Assembly: GCA_964514595.1 (NCBI GenBank)
Contig: CAZEQZ010000002.1
Location: forward strand, 118,506 to 182,505
DNA from: an uncultured Candidatus Saccharibacteria bacterium
Lineage (GTDB): Bacteria > Patescibacteriota > Dojkabacteria > SC72
Length of the DNA: 64,000 nucleotides
Reading direction: 5' to 3'
In this document: positions 59,177 through 64,000 of the stretch, in pieces
How the letters are laid out: each line of letters starts with the position of its first letter
How positions within the stretch are numbered: the first letter of the stretch is position 1
The notes under the pieces: model-generated
Told to the model about the DNA's origin: nothing
The model's database searches: none
The model's input: the letters and a program-made list of their open reading frames with translations, nothing else
Made by a program: the position numbers and the translations under genes

Positions 59177-60586
59177 TTAATTTATTATTCCCGAGAATCC
59201 ATTAAATAAAGCTATTGTTAAGATTAGCCACCATGCTCCTACAACAAAGATGTCATTTATAACATCTTTAATATTCCCCTTTTTCCAGTATACTACTACC
59301 TCTATCAGTAATAGTATAAAGATAAAAGAAACTATACCTATACTTATTTTATCCCCTGTATTTAACCTTATTGTTGGAAATATTATCCTCTGTTTCGATT
59401 CGTCCTCTAAGAAATATTCCGATATATCCAATTCGGAGGTGTTACCATACTCATCAGACAAAACAATAATTACAGAACCTTTTACTTGCTCTTCCGTAAG
59501 TTCTATTAAGATACCTTCCTCCGATTCAACATACTCTATGTTAATAATCTCACTACCTAAGACTAAACTAAGCGTATCCCACTCCCCTTCAATACTAAAC
59601 ATCACAGAATATTTACCATTTATACGGTTAACTGCAATTGATTCCATATTTACAGAAGGTGCTTTTGAATCTACAATAAAATTCACTCTCCCTGACTGGA
59701 TATTATCTCCTTTCAGATTTGCCATAACAGTATGTTCACCCTCACTCCAATCACCATTCTTGCTAAATTCCCAACTTGTATTACTTGAGCTACTCTCTCC
59801 TAACAAATCCTGGCCATCATAAACCTCTACTATATAATTTCCGCTCACATTGGAAGTATCGCCTTGCACCTTTTGAGCTGGATCTGTCACTACAGAGCCC
59901 TCCTGTGGAGATGTTATCCTAATACTTTTTATCTCCCCAGATTCCTGCCTAGTTATAACCTTCTTCTCCTCGACTGGAGGAGCCTCTTGTTGAGGAAGGA
60001 CTGTTTCTTCCGCCGGCTGTTGAGGAGTGGCACCATAGACTTCCGTTGTTAAGTTTCCAAACATTTGTACGACCAATATTGTCTGCTTTCCTAACAATAC
60101 ACCCTCTACAACTGCAACCCCTATGTCTTTGTAATTCCCACTTATAATATTTGCCTTATGTGTTGGGCTAGCCATCCATGCTTCATGTACTCCCTCTGCC
60201 GTTCTAAAGCCTTTTGCTAGATTTTCTCCAGCATATACATAATTGTATCCTGCTGCTCGAATAAATTGCCACGGAGATTCTCCATTAGGACCAAAATGAT
60301 CCCAATACTGCTTCTCAAACATATCATTAGCTTTTGCCAAAGCAGCTGCAGATAGTTGAGAGTTAGTTTGCAGGGCATTCAATCCCCAAGCAACTCTTTC
60401 CTGATTTGTGAGATTAATTATATTCCCGGGTGTTATTGTACTTGCCTGAGCTTGACTAATACCTAGAAACCCACCAAAACTATTTACAAAAATCAATATA
60501 AAGGAGTAGAAAACAATGGCAGTCTTTCTAATTAAATAGGCCTTGTAATTATTTTTTTTGTTAGGAATAAAAAAGTTCTCTATCAT
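59177..60586 (-). CDS. CAP (SCP/PR-1-like) domain surface protein with Ig-like repeats and C-terminal TM anchor
   Basis: 'AWMASPTHKANIISGNYKDIGVAV' CAP signature; beta-rich middle; C-terminal TM. Confidence 0.6.
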   Translation of the reverse strand: MIENFFIPNKKNNYKAYLIRKTAIVFYSFILIFVNSFGGFLGISQAQASTITPGNIINLTNQERVAWGLNALQTNSQLSAAALAKANDMFEKQYWDHFGPNGESPWQFIRAAGYNYVYAGENLAKGFRTAEGVHEAWMASPTHKANIISGNYKDIGVAVVEGVLLGKQTILVVQMFGNLTTEVYGATPQQPAEETVLPQQEAPPVEEKKVITRQESGEIKSIRITSPQEGSVVTDPAQKVQGDTSNVSGNYIVEVYDGQDLLGESSSSNTSWEFSKNGDWSEGEHTVMANLKGDNIQSGRVNFIVDSKAPSVNMESIAVNRINGKYSVMFSIEGEWDTLSLVLGSEIINIEYVESEEGILIELTEEQVKGSVIIVLSDEYGNTSELDISEYFLEDESKQRIIFPTIRLNTGDKISIGIVSFIFILLLIEVVVYWKKGNIKDVINDIFVVGAWWLILTIALFNGFSGIIN

Positions 60587-60627
60587 TCTGCATATAGTTT
60601 AGGACATTTGGCCAAAGTTGTGAAGCA

Positions 60628-60655
60628 TAAAAGAAAAGGACCCCTAAGGGTCCAT
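60628..60655 (-). terminator. rho-independent terminator downstream of hup
   Basis: Minus-strand hairpin GGACCC-TTAG-GGGTCC followed by TTTTCTTTT. Confidence 0.55.
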
Positions 60656-60697
60656 TTTCATTTGCATTTCTTTTTTACAAAGAAATACCGGCCGTTA

Positions 60698-60967
60698 TTA
60701 TCTTACAACAGCTTTCAAGGCTTTACCTGGTTTGAAAGCAGGGACCTTTGTTGCTGGAAGTTGAATCTTCTCAAGAGTCTTAGGATTAATTCCTGTTCTT
60801 GCTGCTCTTGTTCTAACTTCAAATTTACCAAAACCTGTTAAAAGCACAGGATCACCACTTTTCAATGAATCTGAGATTGCTTCTAGCATTGCTTCCAAAG
60901 CATCTCCAGCCTGTCTCTTAGTAAGACCTGTAGCTGCAATTCTGTCTATTAAATCTTTCTTCAACAT
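60698..60967 (-). CDS. hup: HU family DNA-binding protein
   Basis: 'GFGKFEVRTRAARTGINPKT' HU arm motif; 89 aa. Confidence 0.85.
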   Translation of the reverse strand: MLKKDLIDRIAATGLTKRQAGDALEAMLEAISDSLKSGDPVLLTGFGKFEVRTRAARTGINPKTLEKIQLPATKVPAFKPGKALKAVVR

Positions 60968-61041
60968 TTCATGATGCCTCCTTTCTTAGAGATACTATAC
61001 ACAAACGCTGTAAATAAAAGGATTTGTGTATATCCACCTCT

Positions 61042-61070
61042 AAAATATGCGAAATAAAGAATTTCGTCAA
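61042..61070 (-). promoter_or_regulatory. sigma70-like promoter candidate for hup
   Basis: Minus strand TTGACG, 17-nt spacer, TATTTT. Confidence 0.3.
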
Positions 61071-61275
61071 GCTCTCTATATATTATGGGATATAAGCCAT
61101 ACTGCTCAAAAAGTCTGGTTTAACAACATTTTTTAATGAATTATATTTGTATACATATTTTGACTTTTTTTTCGTAATACTATCCATAAAAAGACCGGGA
61201 AAATCCTTATATAACAACACTATTCTCCTCTAACACTCAGATTTTACCTTAACAACAATAATTTTCATCATTTTT

Positions 61276-61321
61276 ACACAAAAAATACAGGGGAAATGTT
61301 GTTAATACAAGCATTTCCCCT
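61276..61321 (-). terminator. rho-independent terminator downstream of rny
   Basis: Minus-strand hairpin AGGGGAAATG...CATTTCCCCT followed by GTATTTTTTGTG; a second small palindrome ATAGAAC...GTTCTAT lies just after the stop. Confidence 0.55.
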
Positions 61322-61357
61322 ATAGCGTTGATTACTAGAAGATAGAACAAAATAGTT

Positions 61358-62881
61358 CTATTTTGCTACTTCTGTAGCCCTAATTTCCCTTATTACTGTA
61401 ACCTCGACATTACCTGGATAGCTCTGTTTTTTCTCTATTTCCTCAGCTATATCCCTTGCCATAACTTTGGCCTCATCATCTGTCACCAATGTCGGCTTTA
61501 CAATAATCCTAACTTCTCTTCCTGCCTTTATTGCAAATACCTCACTTATCTTGTCTCCACCTATCTCTTTGGCCGCATTCTCTATTCCCTCTATCCTTTG
61601 AATATACTGCTCATAACTATCCTTTCTAGCTCCTGGCCTTGCTCCCGATATAGCATCTGCAAGGTATATAACAACAGCCTCAGATCCCTGGGGATCAATA
61701 TCTAGATGATGTGCCTCTATTGCATTTACTAGCTTCTCATCTAAACCGTATTTCCTAGCCACTTGACCTGAAATGTGATGATGAGGGCTATCTACCTTAT
61801 GAGTGAGTACTTTCCCTACATCATGTAACAAAGCAGCTCTTTTAGCTAATTGGACGTCGGCCCCTATCTCAATTGCAAGAACTTCGGCCAATCTAATTAC
61901 CTCAATAGTATGTGACATCAAAGATTGTCCATAGCTACTTCTATACTTCATTTTTCCTACCAATTTCATTAAACCGATATCTATATCAGGCCAACCTGCT
62001 TCATCAGCAAGTATCTGTCCATTCTTCTTAATCTCCTGAGAAATTTCATTCTTAGCTCTCCTAACAGCATCCTCTATAGATCCTGGGTGGATCCTCCCAT
62101 CTGCAATAAGCTTTGTCATCGCAACATAGGCTATTTCCCTCCTTAGTGGATCAAAAGATGAAAGTGCTATTGCATCTGGAGACTCATCAACTATAACATC
62201 CACACCCGTTAACTGCTCAAACGATCTAATATTTCTTCCCTCTCTTCCAATAACCCTTCCCTTCACTTTATCATCCTCAACCTTTATAACCTTAGTTGTT
62301 GTCTCTCCAACATAATCTGTTGCAACTCTCTGCATTGACTCAACCAATATCTTCTGCGCATGCTCTTCTGCAACCGCCTCGATATTCTTCTCTGCTTGCC
62401 TAATTTTTTTAGCCTCGTACTCTCTCAAATCCTGATCTATCTCCTTCATCAACTTTTCCCTAGCTTCCTCTCTTGAAAGTCCAGATATTTTTTCTAATTC
62501 TTTTTTCAAACCTGCCCTGCTTCCCTCTAGCTTTTTCAAACCCTCTTTAAGATAAAGCTCTTTTGATTCCAATTCTTCGCTTTTATCATCTAAGATTTTA
62601 GATCTCTTGTTTAATTTCTTCTCCCTTTCTATGAGTATCTCTTCATGCTCGGTACTCTCTTTCCTCATCTCCTTCAATCTTCTATCTTCTCTCTCCCTCA
62701 TTTCAGTTATCTCTCTTTCAGCTTTCTCAAACTTTTCCTTCATTATTTTCATCGCTGCTTCCTCAATTTCTTTTTCCGGGATACTCTTTAAACTAACCCA
62801 ATGGAAAACGGATCTAAGAAGTATCACTACAACAATCGCAGTAGCAACAATAGCAACAAGAACTATAAGTAATGTTTCCAT
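61358..62881 (-). CDS. rny: ribonuclease Y
   Basis: N-terminal TM, coiled-coil, KH 'GRVIGREGRNIRSFEQLTGVDV', HD 'LLHDVGK'. Confidence 0.85.
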   Translation of the reverse strand: METLLIVLVAIVATAIVVVILLRSVFHWVSLKSIPEKEIEEAAMKIMKEKFEKAEREITEMREREDRRLKEMRKESTEHEEILIEREKKLNKRSKILDDKSEELESKELYLKEGLKKLEGSRAGLKKELEKISGLSREEAREKLMKEIDQDLREYEAKKIRQAEKNIEAVAEEHAQKILVESMQRVATDYVGETTTKVIKVEDDKVKGRVIGREGRNIRSFEQLTGVDVIVDESPDAIALSSFDPLRREIAYVAMTKLIADGRIHPGSIEDAVRRAKNEISQEIKKNGQILADEAGWPDIDIGLMKLVGKMKYRSSYGQSLMSHTIEVIRLAEVLAIEIGADVQLAKRAALLHDVGKVLTHKVDSPHHHISGQVARKYGLDEKLVNAIEAHHLDIDPQGSEAVVIYLADAISGARPGARKDSYEQYIQRIEGIENAAKEIGGDKISEVFAIKAGREVRIIVKPTLVTDDEAKVMARDIAEEIEKKQSYPGNVEVTVIREIRATEVAK

Positions 62882-63093
62882 ATTACTTTCTTTAACAATT
62901 TAAATTGTCCTCTATTTAACAGCTTTTGGAATAGTAAGTAGCTGAGAAGCTACCAGCGTAAAACAAATTTTCGCTTTACTGCATTTAAATTTCATAAATA
63001 AATATATTTTCACAAAATCTTCAATTACCAAAAGAGTCTTTCTTAAGGACTTTTACAATGATATCATTTTTGCCTATCTGTTTCCATAGCATT

Positions 63094-63117
63094 AGGGTCT
63101 GACCCCGGTCTGTCCCC
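63094..63117. repeat. left inverted repeat / REP-like GC-rich palindrome
   Basis: Exact reverse complement of 63600-63623; internal dyad GGGTC(T)GACCC. Confidence 0.8.
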
Positions 63118-63156
63118 AGTTAACTGAAAGTTCATAATTGGTTGGTATAGTAGAAT

Positions 63157-63588
63157 ATGGCTAGAGCTCCAAGGAATTACAAACCGAATAGTTATTACCA
63201 TGTATATAACAGGGGTAATAACAAAGAGGAAATTCTCAAATATCCTGAGGATAAACAGTTATTCGTCAACCAACTTTATAAAAATAAGGATGTTTGTGAT
63301 ATCCGGTTGGTCAGTTATTGCATTATGGACAACCATTTCCATCTTTTAGTTAAGACAGGAAAAAGTCCAACGGATTTATCAAAATTTATGCAGAAAGTGA
63401 CTACAAGCTATGCCGTTAATATAAATAAAAAACATGGACGAATCGGTCATATTTTTCAAGGAAGGTATCGTGCAAATTATCTGCCATACAAAAAAGACCT
63501 TATAGGAGTGACTAATTATATCAAACAGAATCCGGTCCGTGACGGCATCGTCAAAAGACCGTCGGATTATCGTTGGACAAAGTTCTAG
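63157..63588 (+). CDS. IS200/IS605-family Y1 transposase / REP-associated tyrosine transposase (RAYT)
   Basis: HUH motif 'DNHFHLLV', catalytic Tyr region 'GRYRANY', 'YHVYNRG' N-terminus; 143 aa. Confidence 0.7.
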   Translation: MARAPRNYKPNSYYHVYNRGNNKEEILKYPEDKQLFVNQLYKNKDVCDIRLVSYCIMDNHFHLLVKTGKSPTDLSKFMQKVTTSYAVNINKKHGRIGHIFQGRYRANYLPYKKDLIGVTNYIKQNPVRDGIVKRPSDYRWTKF

Positions 63589-63594
63589 GCCAAA

Positions 63595-64000
63595 TCAGTG
63601 GGGACAGACCGGGGTCAGACCCTTAACTAAATCTTGGTAATACGTGAGGTTATGGATGGTAGCCAAGGTTTGCGCCACAGCTTCCCCATTTTTCATCATA
63701 TGATGAAGGTACGCTCTGCTGTAGTTCTCACAACATTCACACCTGCAATTAGGATCCACTGGCCTTTTATCTAACGCCATCTCGCTATTTTTTATTTTCA
63801 CAATCCCATCAGATGTATACAAAGTTCCATGTCTTGCATTTCTAGTTACTAACACAGTATCAAAAAGATTGTACCCTAATCGAGCTACTGAAATTATATC
63901 CTCAGGCTTCCCAACACCCATCGCATACCGGATAGTATCTTGGGGGACACTCTCTATAACAGCTCTCATCTCTTCCAATACCAGATTACTATCCGCATCT
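63595..64000 (-). CDS. tgt: queuine tRNA-ribosyltransferase, C-terminal part (gene runs off the window)
   Basis: Zn-site 'CRCECCENYSRAYLHH'; the frame is open to the window edge. Confidence 0.75.
   Translation of the reverse strand, partial: DADSNLVLEEMRAVIESVPQDTIRYAMGVGKPEDIISVARLGYNLFDTVLVTRNARHGTLYTSDGIVKIKNSEMALDKRPVDPNCRCECCENYSRAYLHHMMKNGEAVAQTLATIHNLTYYQDLVKGLTPVCPH
63600..63623. repeat. right inverted repeat / REP-like GC-rich palindrome (encodes the last residues of Tgt)
   Basis: Exact reverse complement of 63094-63117. Confidence 0.8.

Larger units (their letters stand above)
63094..63623 (+). mobile_element. IS200/RAYT-like unit: Y1 (HUH) transposase flanked by perfect 24-bp inverted palindromic repeats
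   Basis: Left 'AGGGTCTGACCCCGGTCTGTCCCC' (63094-63117) and right 'GGGGACAGACCGGGGTCAGACCCT' (63600-63623) are exact reverse complements. Confidence 0.65.

Noticed and set aside
60600-60970. Locally higher GC around the HU gene as a possible horizontally acquired segment
   Set aside because: HU is Ala/Gly/Lys-rich and highly expressed, so the local GC rise is explained by amino-acid composition. It has its own promoter and terminator and a conserved neighbourhood (rny).
1-64000. CRISPR arrays, rRNA genes, integrases or phage structural genes
   Set aside because: I found no regularly spaced direct repeats, no rRNA-like conserved stretches, and no integrase, terminase or capsid motifs in any ORF.

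Overview
This 64-kb window is AT-rich (roughly 30% GC judged by eye, not computed) and gene-dense, and looks like a small-genome bacterium. Inference only: an archaeal-type UMP kinase, RNase Y, an alpha2-type GlyRS, two GreA paralogs and many small secreted or membrane hypotheticals are compatible with a Patescibacteria/CPR-like or other low-GC lineage. The window has three parts.

(1) 1-1.5 kb: a DUF3800 protein lies divergent from a class-II Fic AMPylase that carries its own inhibitory motif.

(2) About 2.0-32.7 kb: a roughly 30-kb surface-glycan biosynthesis island. It contains about 13 glycosyltransferases (GT2, GT4 and a GT32 fusion) and two Wzx-type flippases. It also contains a Wzm/Wzt ABC exporter and three large GT-C-like membrane proteins. 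A GT2-DUF2304-GT-C triad suggests a lipid-linked sugar donor. There are three SAM methyltransferases, galE, and a gmd-colD-colC trio that predicts a GDP-colitose (3,6-dideoxy-L-galactose) pathway. The ColD call rests on the His-for-Lys active-site signature.

(3) About 32.7-64 kb: envelope and redox genes. These are a beta-helix membrane protein, DsbA, an alpha/beta hydrolase, two Nudix-like proteins, a ferredoxin, a cytochrome-b5-like membrane protein and a nitroreductase. They are followed by housekeeping genes: trmB, tRNA-Pro, miaA, thpR, serS, nrnA-like, lysS, L,D-transpeptidase, glyQS, greA x2, tRNA-Glu-trmD, pyrH, hup and rny. At the right edge an IS200/RAYT-type Y1 transposase is flanked by perfect 24-bp inverted GC-rich palindromes, and the right copy encodes the last residues of tgt.

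I found no CRISPR array, rRNA or obvious prophage.
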